A DNA stretch of 64,000 nt, from the NCBI GenBank assembly GCA_947585665.1, contig CANPXE010000007.1:20438-84437 (forward strand), given 5' to 3'. Numbering within the stretch: position 1 is the first letter of the stretch; the number at the start of each line of letters is the position of its first letter. Origin of the DNA: an uncultured Bacilli bacterium (lineage in GTDB: Bacteria > Bacillota_I > Bacilli_A > RF39 > UBA660). The translations under genes and the position numbers were made by a program. The notes beneath the pieces were generated by a model, which searched no databases, was not told where the DNA came from, and was given only the letters and a program-made list of their open reading frames with translations. This document shows positions 49,676-60,558 of the stretch, one piece after another.

Positions 49676-52600
49676 ATGAAAAATAAATATAAATTGTTTC
49701 AAAAAAACTACGACATTATTTCTAAACATTATGAATACTTAGTTAATTTGACTAAGAATCATATCTTTGTCGGTAGCACTAATGAATGGATCATAGATAA
49801 TTTCTATTTGATAGTAGAGACTAAAAACAATTTGAAAAAATCATATAAAACGAGTAAGAAGTTTAAATATGCTAAAACGAATAATGTCGATATGTATAAA
49901 ATAGTTGAAGATATTTTTACAGCTAGAAACTATGATGTTACATATACGACATTAATAAAAGATTTAAATGCTTATCAAAGTAATCATAATTGTTATTTCA
50001 ATTATTTAAACATTGAAGTTATACCTAGTATGGTAGCAATGGTTGTCATTAAAAGACTAAGTGAACTTTGTATTGTTAAAAGAAGAAAACAAGAAGAAAA
50101 ACAAAAAGTTCGTGATTTGATGAAAGTAATTGATCGTCATTATGAAAATGGTGAAGCAATTGATCTTCATGACTATATTGTTCTTGATGAAAATATTATT
50201 AACAATGATAGTTATTTGGAACAATTAAACTCTGAACTACAAGAATATGGTGAACTTGCGAATGAGATGTTTAAAGAGTTAAATGAACTTTTAGAAAAAC
50301 ATAATGTCAGTCTTAAAGAGATTGCCAAAAGAGAACATTCCGATAGTATTGAAAATAATATTTTAATAGCTAATCTTTTCAATGAATTGAGAATGCTTTC
50401 CAAAATAGACAATTTAACTTTAATAAATAAGATTAGTAAAACGGAAAAATTATTAGAAGAAGATCCTATCTATTCTAATATGACTATTGAAACTAAAATA
50501 TTATATCGTGAAGAAATCATTAAAAATAGTAAGAAAAGCGATGAATATAGCTATACTGAAAAGATAGTTAAACGTAGTTTAGAGCGTAATAAGCACGTTG
50601 GTGAATTGTTATTAAAAGAATTTAACTATGAGAAGCGAGCAAGAATATATATTGCTGTTACAGCTATCTTTACTATTTTAATATCTTTCTTATTGTCTAA
50701 TTACTTATTTAATAATCGCATATTAGGTTTTATTTTGTTAATTGTCCCCATCAGTGAATTAGTTTTACAGTCAGCTAATAAAATATTGGGAATGATTTAT
50801 AAATGTAAGCCACTACCTAAAATGGATTATTCAAATGGTATTCCTAAAGATAAAGCAACGATGGTCATCATTCCAACAATCGTTAAAAATACTGAAAAGA
50901 TAGATGAAATTTTTGAGAAATTAGAAAGTTATTATCTTGGAAATAAGAGTAGTAATTTATACTTTGCTCTCTTGGGTGATTGTTTTGAAAATGATGAAGC
51001 AAGTAGTGAAATGGATGATGTCATCGCGCGATATGGATTAAATAAATGTGAAGAATTAAATCAAAAATATAATAAGAATCTCTTCTATTTCGTATATCGT
51101 CAAAGGGTTTATAATACTAGTGAAGATAAGTATATAGGTTATGAACGTAAGAGAGGAGCTATTCTTCATTTCAATAAACTTCTTCTTGGAACAATGGATA
51201 AAAAAGATAAGGATAAATATATCTATTGTGAAAATGTTTCAAGATTAGTTAATAAAATTCACTATGTTATTACTTTGGATGCTGATACACGTCTCATTTT
51301 AGGAGCAGCTGAAAAACTAGTTGGTGTTATGGCCCATCCTCTTAATAAACCTGTTTTGAATCGTGAAAAAAATTGTGTTAAAAAAGGATACGCTATTGTG
51401 CAACCTCGAATCAGTATCGATATTGAATCGACTAATGCGTCTAGCTATTCACAGTTACTAGCGGGTATTGGAGGACTAGATGTCTATTCAAGTATTGTTC
51501 CTAATCTCTATCAAGACTCTTTTGGTGAAGGAAGTTTTTATGGAAAAGGTATTTATGATTTAACTGTTTATAACGAAATACTTGAAAATGCTTTCCCTGA
51601 TAATTTAATTCTTAGTCATGATTTAATTGAAAGTAACTATTTACGTTGTGGATATGCGTCTGACATTGAAGTAATCGATGATTTCCCTTCAGAGTTTTTA
51701 GTCGATACCAAAAGACAACATCGTTGGACAAGAGGCGATATTCAAATTCTTGGTTGGCTTAAAAGAAAAGTTAAAAATCGTCAGAGAAGAACTATTAAAA
51801 ATCCTATTTCATCAATATCAAAATTTAAAATTTTTGATAATCTTCGTCGTGTTCTTTTAAATCCTACCCTTTTATTAATGATTATCTTATCTTTCATTTA
51901 TAGTAAATATAGCCCTCTATATTCTCTATTAGTTGTTGTCATAATTATTTCTTTACCAATTATTTTCTATTTAAAAGAATTCTTAAGTATTCAAGCAAGA
52001 CGTAGGACAAATATTAAATACTATGATGATCTATTATTTGGTAATTTTGCGATTATAATGCGTGTTTTCATTTCTTTTATAACGATTCCTTATTATACAT
52101 ATTTATATTTAGACGCTACGATTAGATCGTTGTATCGCATGTTAATTTCGCACAAGAATTTATTGAACTGGGTTACTTCAGAAGATGCTCAAAAGACTGC
52201 CAAAAATGATTTAGCGACTTATATCAAGGCTTTTAAACTAAACTATTTAGTAGCTGTTATTTTAGGACTTGCTTACTTTGTTAAGAGAAAATATCTTCTA
52301 TTTATTATAATTTTAATTATATTATTTATCACTGCTCCTTTAATGATGTGGTTAGTAAGTCAAAGAAAAAAGAAACGAATTGTCGAATTAAATAAGAAAG
52401 AGAAAAGTGATTTGAAAGAAACAGCTTTCCGCACTTGGAACTATTTTGAAACTCTATTAAAAGAAGAAAATAATTATTTAATTCCTGATAACTATCAAAT
52501 AAATCGTGAAGAAAAAGAAGATACTAAGACTTCACCTACAGATATTGCTATGTCATTAACTAGTATTATTTCTGCCTATTCATTAGAATTCATTGATAAA

Positions 52601-55600
52601 CGTCGTGCTGTTTCACTACTTCAAAACATTATCACAACTCTTGAAAAGTTAGAAAAGTGGAATGGACATTTATATAACTGGTATCGCATTACGACCCTAG
52701 AAAAAATGTTCCCTTATTACGTATCATCAGTTGATAGTGGAAACCTTGCGGCTAGTTTACTAACAGTTAAGAATTTCTTAAATGAATTAGGTGAAAATGA
52801 ACTTTCTTCAAGATACGAAAAATTATTTATGGAAATGAATTTCTCTAAATTTTATAATGAACAAAATGTCTTTAGTATTGGTTATGATTCTTTGGAAGAA
52901 CGTGTCTCACCTTATAATTACAATAAATTTGCGAGTGAGAGCCGTATTTTAAGTTTTGTTTCTATTATTAAAGGTGATGTTCCTAGTAAGCATTGGTTCT
53001 GTCTAGATAAGACTTTGACGAAATATCAAAATCGTAAAGGTTTAGTTTCTTGGTCAGGTACTTCTTTTGAATACTTCATGCCAATGATTTTCATGAATAG
53101 TTATAGTAATACACTATTGGATGAATCATATCATTTTGCTTATTTCTGTCAAAAAGAGTATGCTAAAGAAATTGATGATAAACTACCTTGGGGAATATCA
53201 GAAGCAGCTTATGCAGAACTTGATGATGGCTTAAATTACAAGTATAAAGCTTTTTCAACCCCATATTTAAAAATGATTGAAGACAAAAATCAACACATCG
53301 TTATTGCTCCTTATGCTTCTATTATCGCAATCGATGTCAATCCAAAAGAAGTTTATCACAATCTAGAAGAACTAAAAGATATGGGTATGTATGGCGATTT
53401 CGGTTACTATGAATCATACGATTATGATAAAGATGAAAAAGTATATTCATATTTTGCTCATCACCAAGGAATGATTTTAAGTTCTATTGCTAATAACTTA
53501 CAAAATGGTGTTATCCGTAAGTATTTTCATAATGATGTAAGAGTTCAATCTTTTGATATTTTATTAAAAGAAAAAGTACAATTACGTCCAGTTATCGACT
53601 TAAAAATGTTTGGATATAAGAAATATAATTATGAAAGAGAAAAAGTTGAAAACGATATTCGTGAATTCAATTCCATCAATGAAGTACCAGAAATTTCCGT
53701 TTTATCAAATTCAAAGTATTCTTTATTAATTAATGATCGTGGTAACGGCTTCAGTCGTTATAAGACAATTCAATTGAATCGTTATCGTAAGATAACAGAA
53801 CAAGACTATGGTAATTATCTATACATAAAAGATTTATCAAATAATAAGTTTTGGTCTAATACTTATGCCCCAACTAATGTAAAACCAGATAAATACAATG
53901 TTGTTTTTGCAACGGACCGCATTAAATTCTTGCGTACTGATGATGGTATAAGCACTGAAACAGAAATGATTGTAACTCGTGAAAAAAATGCCGAAATTCG
54001 AAAAGTTACTTTCAAAAATCGTACTGATGAAGTAAAACATTTGGAACTTACAACTTATATGGAACCAATTATTGAAGAAAATATTGTTGATATTACGCAT
54101 CGTACTTTTAATAATCTATTTATAAGTAGTGAATTCGATAATGAGACTAAATCTTTAATAATGTGTCGTAAAAATAACAGTAAGAAAACCAAATGGTACT
54201 GTGTTGGTAAATTATACATTCCTGATAATGAAAATGATATAAGTTATGAAACAGAACGTTCTAATTTCATTGGTCGTAATAATAATGTTGATAATCCTCA
54301 TGCTTTAAATGTTAAGAGATTGAGTAATACTGTTGGTTCTAATATTGATCCAGTTATGAGTTTGAGAAGTACCATTACTGTTGAACCAGGAAAGAAGAAG
54401 ACCGTTTATTATATTTGTGGTTTCGCTAAATCAAAGACGCAAATCTTAGATATTGTTGATGATTACAGCAATGAGAGTCATATTAGAAAGGCCTTTAAAT
54501 ATGCGACACTCGCTAACAACATCAATACTAAACAATTAAATATAACGGGTCCTGATATGCGTACCTTTAATATTATGTTGAACTATTTATATCAAACGAG
54601 TAAACACTTTGTTAATAATGAAAGAAAAGAATTATTATCAAGAAATAGTTTAAACCAAACTAATTTGTGGAAATTTAGTATAACGGGAGATTTACCAGTT
54701 ATCTTAGTTGAAATAAATAAAACAGAATCAACGAAGTTTGTTGAGGATATTTTAAAAGCTTATGAATACTTTAAGACGCGTGCTATCTTTATCGATATCG
54801 TCATCATTAATCGTGAAACAGAAAAATATAAAGCCGTAATTAATCGTAAAGTAGAACAAGAATTATATCGTATGAATACTTTATATAATTTCTCATCTAC
54901 TCCAGGGAACGTTTACGTATTAGATGGTGATGATGTAACTGAAGCTGAAGATAACTTATTCAATATGATTGCTCGTCTTCGCTTTGATACTAAGAGGGAT
55001 TTATCACTAGAAGATAGTATTAAACAACTTCAAAAAGAAAATCGTATGGGGTCTTACGCTAAAAATAGAGTTGATCGTGCTAGTTTTGATAAAAACTATA
55101 CTGAAGAATTAGACTTTTTCAATGGTTATGGTGGCTTTACTAAAGATGGTAAAGAATACGTTGTATTAGATCCTGATACGCCAACACCTTGGACCAATGT
55201 CATCGCTAATAAGAGATTTGGTACAATTGTATCTAATAATGCTTGTGGTTTCACTTATGCTTATAATAGCCAAATGTTTAAGATTACTTCTTGGACAAAT
55301 GACATTGTTTTAAATGATAAATCCGAAGGAATAAAGATTAATGATGTCTTAGTTGACCCTAAGATTGCTCGCCATGGATTTGGTTATTCAACTTTTATTT
55401 GCGAAGGAAAAGATTATCATCTTACGACAACCCAGTTTGTTGCCAAAGAAGATACGATTAAGTTCTATAAATCAGTTCTTAAAAATAAAACAAATACAGC
55501 TAAGAAATATCATGTTGCTTTTTGGATTAATCCTACTTTTGGACCTAATGAAGAAAAGTCTAGTCGTTATCTATTAAGTGACTACTATGAAAAGATGAAT

Positions 55601-57364
55601 GCTGTATTGATAAGAAATGTTTACAATCCTGATTTTTCACATATAACAGCTTTCTTATCATCAACTTTACCAATAAAAAAATATTCTATTGATCGTGTTC
55701 TAGTTAAATCAATTGAAGTAGAAATAGAATTAGCTCCTAGAGAAGAAAAAGAATTTTCATTTATGCTTGGAACAGAAATTGGTAATGATAATGTTAAGTC
55801 TTTAATCAATAAATATATTAATAATAAAGTTATCGATAATGAGTTACGAGTTGTTAAAGAAAAATGGCGACAAGATTTAGGTAAAGTTAAAATTAAAACA
55901 AAGGATAAGAGTTTTGATACTGTCATTAATGGTTGGTATCTATATCAAACTCTTGCTTCTAGAATCTATGCCCGTGCTGGTTTCTATCAAGTTGGTGGTG
56001 CTTATGGTTTCCGTGATCAATTACAAGATGCAACGAATATTGTTACGTTGTTCCCAGACATTACGAAAGAACAAATAATCAATAATGCTAAACATCAATT
56101 TATGGAAGGAGATGTTCTACACTGGTGGCATGAAGATAATCGTCTTGGCTTACGCAGTCGCTATAAAGATGACTACTTATGGCTCATTTATGCTGTTAGT
56201 GAATATTGCAAAGTAACTGGTGACTACAAAATACTTGATGAAAAAATTCCATTTGTTTTAGGACCATTACTTGCTGATAATGAAGAAGAGCGTGGTCTAG
56301 TATTCAATTATACTAAGGATACCGCAACGCTATATGAGCACTGTTTAGTTGCTTTGAATCGTTCCATGAACCAAATGGGTGCCAATGGTCTACCATTAAT
56401 GGGTGGTGGTGACTGGAATGATGGAATGAATAAAGTTGGTATTTTAGGTAAAGGAACTAGCGTTTGGCTAGGTTTCTTCCAATACTGGATATTAGATAAG
56501 TTCATTACTCTAACTAAAAATTATAAAAAAACCATTGATGTTAGTAAATATCAACAGGCAATGACTAAGTTAAAGAAGGCTCTCAATGAAGTCGGTTGGG
56601 AAAAAGATTATTATTTGCGTGCTTTCTTTGATGATGGTACAAAACTTGGTTCAGCTGAAAACAGTGAATGTAAGATTGATTTAATTTCCCAAAGTTTCTC
56701 TATTTTAACAGACGTTATTGAACGTCAAAACATTTCCAAAGTTATAAATGCCGTCGAAGAAAATCTTGTTGATAAAGAAATAGGAATTATTAAGTTGCTT
56801 ACACCAGCTTTCCAAAAGTCAAAGCAAAATCCTGGATATATTATGGATTATCCAGAAGGAGTTCGTGAAAATGGTGGACAATACACGCATGCTGTTTCTT
56901 GGTATTTAATGAGTCTATTAAAAACAGGATACCTTGATCGAGCATACAACTATTATCAAATGATTAATCCAATTAATCGAACTCTTGATAAAAAGAGTAC
57001 CGATCGATACAAAATTGAACCATATGTAATTGGAGCTGACATATATAGTAGTAAAAATCATCCTGGTCGTGGTGGATGGAGTTGGTATTCTGGAAGTAGT
57101 GGTTGGTTCTATAATATTGGTTTGACTATGATTTTAGGTTTCACTAAAGAAGGAAATCGTATTCACTTTGAACCGCATTTGCCAGGAGGATGGAAGTCTT
57201 TTGAAATGGAATATCATTATTTAGATACAACTTATAAAATAAAAGTTAACGTTGGTGGTACGAAAGATGACATCTTACTTGATGGTGAAAAACTTGATAA
57301 GAAATATGTTACAGTTAAAAATGATAAACGCGTTCATGCCATAATTGTTAATGTAAAAGGGTGA
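49676..57364 (+). CDS. Giant (2562 aa) cyclic beta-1,2-glucan synthase-like protein: N-terminal domain, TMs, GT84/GT2-like transferase, TMs, (alpha/alpha)6 glucanase/cyclisation-like domain and GH94 phosphorylase domain
   Basis: GT motifs VITLDADTRL (nt ~51278) and QHRWTRGD (nt ~51717). There are at least 7 hydrophobic helices. The middle domain carries SVDSGNLAASL, SWSGTSFEYFMP, PWGISEAAY and YFAHHQGM. GH94 motifs are GFRDQLQD, HWWH, GGGDWNDGMN (nt ~56401) and ENGGQYTHA. Confidence 0.8.
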   Translation: MKNKYKLFQKNYDIISKHYEYLVNLTKNHIFVGSTNEWIIDNFYLIVETKNNLKKSYKTSKKFKYAKTNNVDMYKIVEDIFTARNYDVTYTTLIKDLNAYQSNHNCYFNYLNIEVIPSMVAMVVIKRLSELCIVKRRKQEEKQKVRDLMKVIDRHYENGEAIDLHDYIVLDENIINNDSYLEQLNSELQEYGELANEMFKELNELLEKHNVSLKEIAKREHSDSIENNILIANLFNELRMLSKIDNLTLINKISKTEKLLEEDPIYSNMTIETKILYREEIIKNSKKSDEYSYTEKIVKRSLERNKHVGELLLKEFNYEKRARIYIAVTAIFTILISFLLSNYLFNNRILGFILLIVPISELVLQSANKILGMIYKCKPLPKMDYSNGIPKDKATMVIIPTIVKNTEKIDEIFEKLESYYLGNKSSNLYFALLGDCFENDEASSEMDDVIARYGLNKCEELNQKYNKNLFYFVYRQRVYNTSEDKYIGYERKRGAILHFNKLLLGTMDKKDKDKYIYCENVSRLVNKIHYVITLDADTRLILGAAEKLVGVMAHPLNKPVLNREKNCVKKGYAIVQPRISIDIESTNASSYSQLLAGIGGLDVYSSIVPNLYQDSFGEGSFYGKGIYDLTVYNEILENAFPDNLILSHDLIESNYLRCGYASDIEVIDDFPSEFLVDTKRQHRWTRGDIQILGWLKRKVKNRQRRTIKNPISSISKFKIFDNLRRVLLNPTLLLMIILSFIYSKYSPLYSLLVVVIIISLPIIFYLKEFLSIQARRRTNIKYYDDLLFGNFAIIMRVFISFITIPYYTYLYLDATIRSLYRMLISHKNLLNWVTSEDAQKTAKNDLATYIKAFKLNYLVAVILGLAYFVKRKYLLFIIILIILFITAPLMMWLVSQRKKKRIVELNKKEKSDLKETAFRTWNYFETLLKEENNYLIPDNYQINREEKEDTKTSPTDIAMSLTSIISAYSLEFIDKRRAVSLLQNIITTLEKLEKWNGHLYNWYRITTLEKMFPYYVSSVDSGNLAASLLTVKNFLNELGENELSSRYEKLFMEMNFSKFYNEQNVFSIGYDSLEERVSPYNYNKFASESRILSFVSIIKGDVPSKHWFCLDKTLTKYQNRKGLVSWSGTSFEYFMPMIFMNSYSNTLLDESYHFAYFCQKEYAKEIDDKLPWGISEAAYAELDDGLNYKYKAFSTPYLKMIEDKNQHIVIAPYASIIAIDVNPKEVYHNLEELKDMGMYGDFGYYESYDYDKDEKVYSYFAHHQGMILSSIANNLQNGVIRKYFHNDVRVQSFDILLKEKVQLRPVIDLKMFGYKKYNYEREKVENDIREFNSINEVPEISVLSNSKYSLLINDRGNGFSRYKTIQLNRYRKITEQDYGNYLYIKDLSNNKFWSNTYAPTNVKPDKYNVVFATDRIKFLRTDDGISTETEMIVTREKNAEIRKVTFKNRTDEVKHLELTTYMEPIIEENIVDITHRTFNNLFISSEFDNETKSLIMCRKNNSKKTKWYCVGKLYIPDNENDISYETERSNFIGRNNNVDNPHALNVKRLSNTVGSNIDPVMSLRSTITVEPGKKKTVYYICGFAKSKTQILDIVDDYSNESHIRKAFKYATLANNINTKQLNITGPDMRTFNIMLNYLYQTSKHFVNNERKELLSRNSLNQTNLWKFSITGDLPVILVEINKTESTKFVEDILKAYEYFKTRAIFIDIVIINRETEKYKAVINRKVEQELYRMNTLYNFSSTPGNVYVLDGDDVTEAEDNLFNMIARLRFDTKRDLSLEDSIKQLQKENRMGSYAKNRVDRASFDKNYTEELDFFNGYGGFTKDGKEYVVLDPDTPTPWTNVIANKRFGTIVSNNACGFTYAYNSQMFKITSWTNDIVLNDKSEGIKINDVLVDPKIARHGFGYSTFICEGKDYHLTTTQFVAKEDTIKFYKSVLKNKTNTAKKYHVAFWINPTFGPNEEKSSRYLLSDYYEKMNAVLIRNVYNPDFSHITAFLSSTLPIKKYSIDRVLVKSIEVEIELAPREEKEFSFMLGTEIGNDNVKSLINKYINNKVIDNELRVVKEKWRQDLGKVKIKTKDKSFDTVINGWYLYQTLASRIYARAGFYQVGGAYGFRDQLQDATNIVTLFPDITKEQIINNAKHQFMEGDVLHWWHEDNRLGLRSRYKDDYLWLIYAVSEYCKVTGDYKILDEKIPFVLGPLLADNEEERGLVFNYTKDTATLYEHCLVALNRSMNQMGANGLPLMGGGDWNDGMNKVGILGKGTSVWLGFFQYWILDKFITLTKNYKKTIDVSKYQQAMTKLKKALNEVGWEKDYYLRAFFDDGTKLGSAENSECKIDLISQSFSILTDVIERQNISKVINAVEENLVDKEIGIIKLLTPAFQKSKQNPGYIMDYPEGVRENGGQYTHAVSWYLMSLLKTGYLDRAYNYYQMINPINRTLDKKSTDRYKIEPYVIGADIYSSKNHPGRGGWSWYSGSSGWFYNIGLTMILGFTKEGNRIHFEPHLPGGWKSFEMEYHYLDTTYKIKVNVGGTKDDILLDGEKLDKKYVTVKNDKRVHAIIVNVKG

Positions 57365-57368
57365 TATA

Positions 57369-58580
57369 ATGTTAAAATTTGATTTTAAGACATATAATAG
57401 TGGTTATGTAAGTTCTGATGAATTTGTCCCTTATTCTTCAAAAAATGAAGAAATTAAAGAGCGTTTTATAAATGGTGATTTAGCACACTGGATGAATATT
57501 AACACTTATGTAAGTTCTGATGAATTAAATAAAATAAAAGAAGTAAGCCAAACGATAAGAGAGATGTGTGACGTCTTTATTGTCATTGGTATTGGTGGCT
57601 CTTATATGGGAAGTCAAGCTGTTATTTCGGCTCTAAGTCCTCTTTACCAAAAAAGAAAACCAGAAGTTATCTTTCTTGGAAAGAATATAAATCCTAATGA
57701 ATATGTTGAAGTACTAGATTACATCAAAGATAAAAATATTGTTGTTAATGTCATCTCTAAATCAGGAACGACACTTGAACCATCAATTGCTTTTGATTTA
57801 GTAAAAAAATTAATGCAAAAAAAGTATTCTGAAGAAGAACTATGTAAGCGAATAATTATTACAACGGACATAAAAGAAGGAACACTTCGCAAAGAAGTTG
57901 AAGATAAGGGATATACTTCTTTTGTCGTTCCAACTATTGTTGGTGGAAGATATTCGGTTTTGACACCAGTTGGATTATTGCCGATTGCTGTTATTGGTAT
58001 CGATATTGATAAATTATTATTAGGTGCTAAAAAAAGTATTGAGAGTCATCTTGATGATGCTATTAATTATGCAACCATTCGTGATATTTTGTATAACCAT
58101 AAGCGCATTGTTGAATCATTTACTATTTATGATGAAAAACTTCATTACTTTGGTGAGTGGCTAAAACAACTATTTGCTGAAAGTCATGGTAAAGAAAATA
58201 AAGGAATACTACCTATAACTAATATTAATACCCGTGACTTACATTCTTTTGGTCAATATCTTCAAGAAGGTAAAGATGTAGTCTTTGAAACTGTTATTGG
58301 TGTTTCTACTAACGCAACCATATATATTGAAAAGTATCATAAAGATTTGAATGCTATTAACAATATGGCCATTGAAAAGGTTTGTGAAGCTCATAGTAAT
58401 GGTCATACACCTAGTTCTATTATCTGGATGGATAAACTAGATGAAGAAAATCTTGGTGAATTGATTCAATTCTTTATGTTCGCAGCTATTATTGGCGGTC
58501 TTCAATTGGGGATAAATCCTTTTGATCAACCAGGAGTTCAAGAATATAAACGATTAATTAATGCTGGATTACAAAGTTAG
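57369..58580 (+). CDS. pgi: Glucose-6-phosphate isomerase (compact, 403 aa)
   Basis: VIGIGGSYMG, ISKSGTTLEP, GGRYSVLT and ESHGK motifs. The start lies 4 nt after the synthase stop. Confidence 0.9.
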   Translation: MLKFDFKTYNSGYVSSDEFVPYSSKNEEIKERFINGDLAHWMNINTYVSSDELNKIKEVSQTIREMCDVFIVIGIGGSYMGSQAVISALSPLYQKRKPEVIFLGKNINPNEYVEVLDYIKDKNIVVNVISKSGTTLEPSIAFDLVKKLMQKKYSEEELCKRIIITTDIKEGTLRKEVEDKGYTSFVVPTIVGGRYSVLTPVGLLPIAVIGIDIDKLLLGAKKSIESHLDDAINYATIRDILYNHKRIVESFTIYDEKLHYFGEWLKQLFAESHGKENKGILPITNINTRDLHSFGQYLQEGKDVVFETVIGVSTNATIYIEKYHKDLNAINNMAIEKVCEAHSNGHTPSSIIWMDKLDEENLGELIQFFMFAAIIGGLQLGINPFDQPGVQEYKRLINAGLQS

Positions 58581-58605
58581 TTTACTATTTTTAGTAAACT
58601 TTTTT
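58580..58605 (+). terminator. Rho-independent terminator after pgi
   Basis: GTTTACTA-TTTT-TAGTAAAC followed by TTTTTT. Confidence 0.75.
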
Positions 58606-58691
58606 CTTTTTTTAGATAGATATTTTGACATTTACCGTATTATTGAATTATACTTTTATTATAAGATAACCCTAGAAAGGGAGGTTTTATT

Positions 58692-59855
58692 ATGAATAAA
58701 TATGATGAAATGGATAAACGTGATAGAGAAGATGACGAAGCACTCGACCTAGTTGAAAAAAGAAATCGCGAGAATGTTGAAACTTTTGAAGGCATTCCTT
58801 TCCGTAGATTTGATGAAAATGGGTATACTGATGTTAGAGGTGGAATGGAAATTAGAAAGATTCTTGATGTAGAGAAACCTAAAGAAAAACCAAAGCAGGA
58901 AGAAACAAAACCACAACATTTACAAACATCAAAGCCTAAAAGTAATCTTCCTATTCGCCCCAAAAATCTTAATATAAGGCCTAACGTTTTAGTAATGCGT
59001 TTAGGAATGGTTTTGGCTCCTTTTGCTATTGCTGTTTCTGTTTTAAGTGGACTAAGCAAAAAAATTGATGAAAAGATAGAGGCATCACATAAGGAACCAA
59101 CTACTATTACCGAAGTTGTTGAAGAATTAGATCCTGACTATTTATCAAAATATTTTGTCATTGTTAATAGTACTGATCCAAGTACTGATGTTTTATTAGA
59201 TCAAGTTACTAATGGTTTAGCACAAATGGGTGTTGAAGTTAGAGGTCTTCATAGCGATAATGAATTAATGGATGAATTAGTAAATGAAGAAGCTATGTGT
59301 CATTTTAAAAGAACAACTGTTATGACATTAGAAAGTAAAAAAGGTAATAATAGTCACGTCGTTGTTGGCGTTGATGAAAAAACAAGTACTTCTGATGTTT
59401 TGGCTTTGAATTGCATGGATGCTATTGAAGAAAGTGACGATTTAACAGCGGGAGTTAGAATTGGTAAGGTAAGTATTACTCCACATTCTAATGATCCATT
59501 GATGTCTGAAAATGAAACTAAGAGATTGACAAATTATAAAGCAGCTTATTTAACTCTTGGCGTTTCCGAAGGAATTATTAGTGATGCCGAAAAAACTAAT
59601 CAATTAGTCGGTGCTATTGTAAGTGGTTTTGATAATTATGCTAGAACTCCTAAAAAATTACAAGGAAAAGATTGTATTCACGAAGTTAAGTGGAATGATA
59701 GTATTGAAAGTCTAGCTAATTTTTATGGTTGCTCTGAAAAGGAATTCCGTGCAATGAATAGTTTGGATAAAGATGAAAAATTAGAAACTGGTGATACTGT
59801 TATTACAATGCAAACACCTACACCACTCGAAAAGACAGTAACAAATACACTATAA
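58692..59855 (+). CDS. Membrane-anchored LysM-domain protein (bitopic; charged cytoplasmic N-terminus, extracellular domain, C-terminal LysM)
   Basis: TM VLVMRLGMVLAPFAIAVSVLSGL. The C-terminal HEVKWNDSIESLANFYGCSEKEFRAMNSLDKDEKLETGDTVI fits the LysM pattern. Confidence 0.7.
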   Translation: MNKYDEMDKRDREDDEALDLVEKRNRENVETFEGIPFRRFDENGYTDVRGGMEIRKILDVEKPKEKPKQEETKPQHLQTSKPKSNLPIRPKNLNIRPNVLVMRLGMVLAPFAIAVSVLSGLSKKIDEKIEASHKEPTTITEVVEELDPDYLSKYFVIVNSTDPSTDVLLDQVTNGLAQMGVEVRGLHSDNELMDELVNEEAMCHFKRTTVMTLESKKGNNSHVVVGVDEKTSTSDVLALNCMDAIEESDDLTAGVRIGKVSITPHSNDPLMSENETKRLTNYKAAYLTLGVSEGIISDAEKTNQLVGAIVSGFDNYARTPKKLQGKDCIHEVKWNDSIESLANFYGCSEKEFRAMNSLDKDEKLETGDTVITMQTPTPLEKTVTNTL

Positions 59856-59861
59856 ATGGAT

Positions 59862-59887
59862 AGACTACTACTAGTAGTCTTTTTTTG
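59862..59887 (+). terminator. Rho-independent terminator
   Basis: AGACTAC-TACTA-GTAGTCT followed by TTTTTTT. Confidence 0.75.
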
Positions 59888-59964
59888 TAAATTGTTTCCT
59901 AATTCAGTCTATATTTGAAAAAAAAGAAAAATGTGTTATAATCTTGGAGAAAGAGGAATTTTAT

Positions 59965-60513
59965 ATGAATAAGTTAGAACCAGGTGAAAGACTTATAATG
60001 CACAGTTATAAACATAATGGTTGTATTCATAGGGCTTGGGATGAGGCTGTTTTCATTGAAGAAACTGATGACTATTATGTCTTTGGAAATGATAAGACAA
60101 AAGTTACGGAATCTGATGGTAGAAAATGGCGTACTAAAGAACCGGCTATAATGTATTTCTTTAAAAATTCTTGGTTTAATATTATTGGTCAGTTGAAAAA
60201 GACAGGTATATATTATTATTGTAATATAGCATCACCATTAATAATAGAAGATGGGGCCATTAAGTATATCGATTACGATTTGGATTTAAGAGTTTTTCCA
60301 GATGGTAGTTATAAAGTACTAGATAAAGGTGAATATAAATATCATAAAGCAAAGATGAAGTATCCAGAAGAACTAGATAAAATATTAAATGAAGAGTTAA
60401 AGAGATTGATTGAATTAAATAAAAATCATAATCGTGTTTTTGATCATGATACATTAATAGCATATAATAAGATATACAATCAATTAACAAATAAAGAAAC
60501 TGAAAATGTATAA
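59965..60513 (+). CDS. DUF402-family nucleoside tri/diphosphatase (Ntdp/YgaC-like)
   Basis: SYKHNGCIHRAWDEAVF..., YYYCNIASP and IKYIDYDLDLRVFPDG match the YgaC/Ntdp family. ATG at 59965 follows AGAGGAA. Confidence 0.8.
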   Translation: MNKLEPGERLIMHSYKHNGCIHRAWDEAVFIEETDDYYVFGNDKTKVTESDGRKWRTKEPAIMYFFKNSWFNIIGQLKKTGIYYYCNIASPLIIEDGAIKYIDYDLDLRVFPDGSYKVLDKGEYKYHKAKMKYPEELDKILNEELKRLIELNKNHNRVFDHDTLIAYNKIYNQLTNKETENV

Positions 60514-60558
60514 GATTATTAACCAATAGAAAAAGACTAAAAAACATCATAAAAGGTG

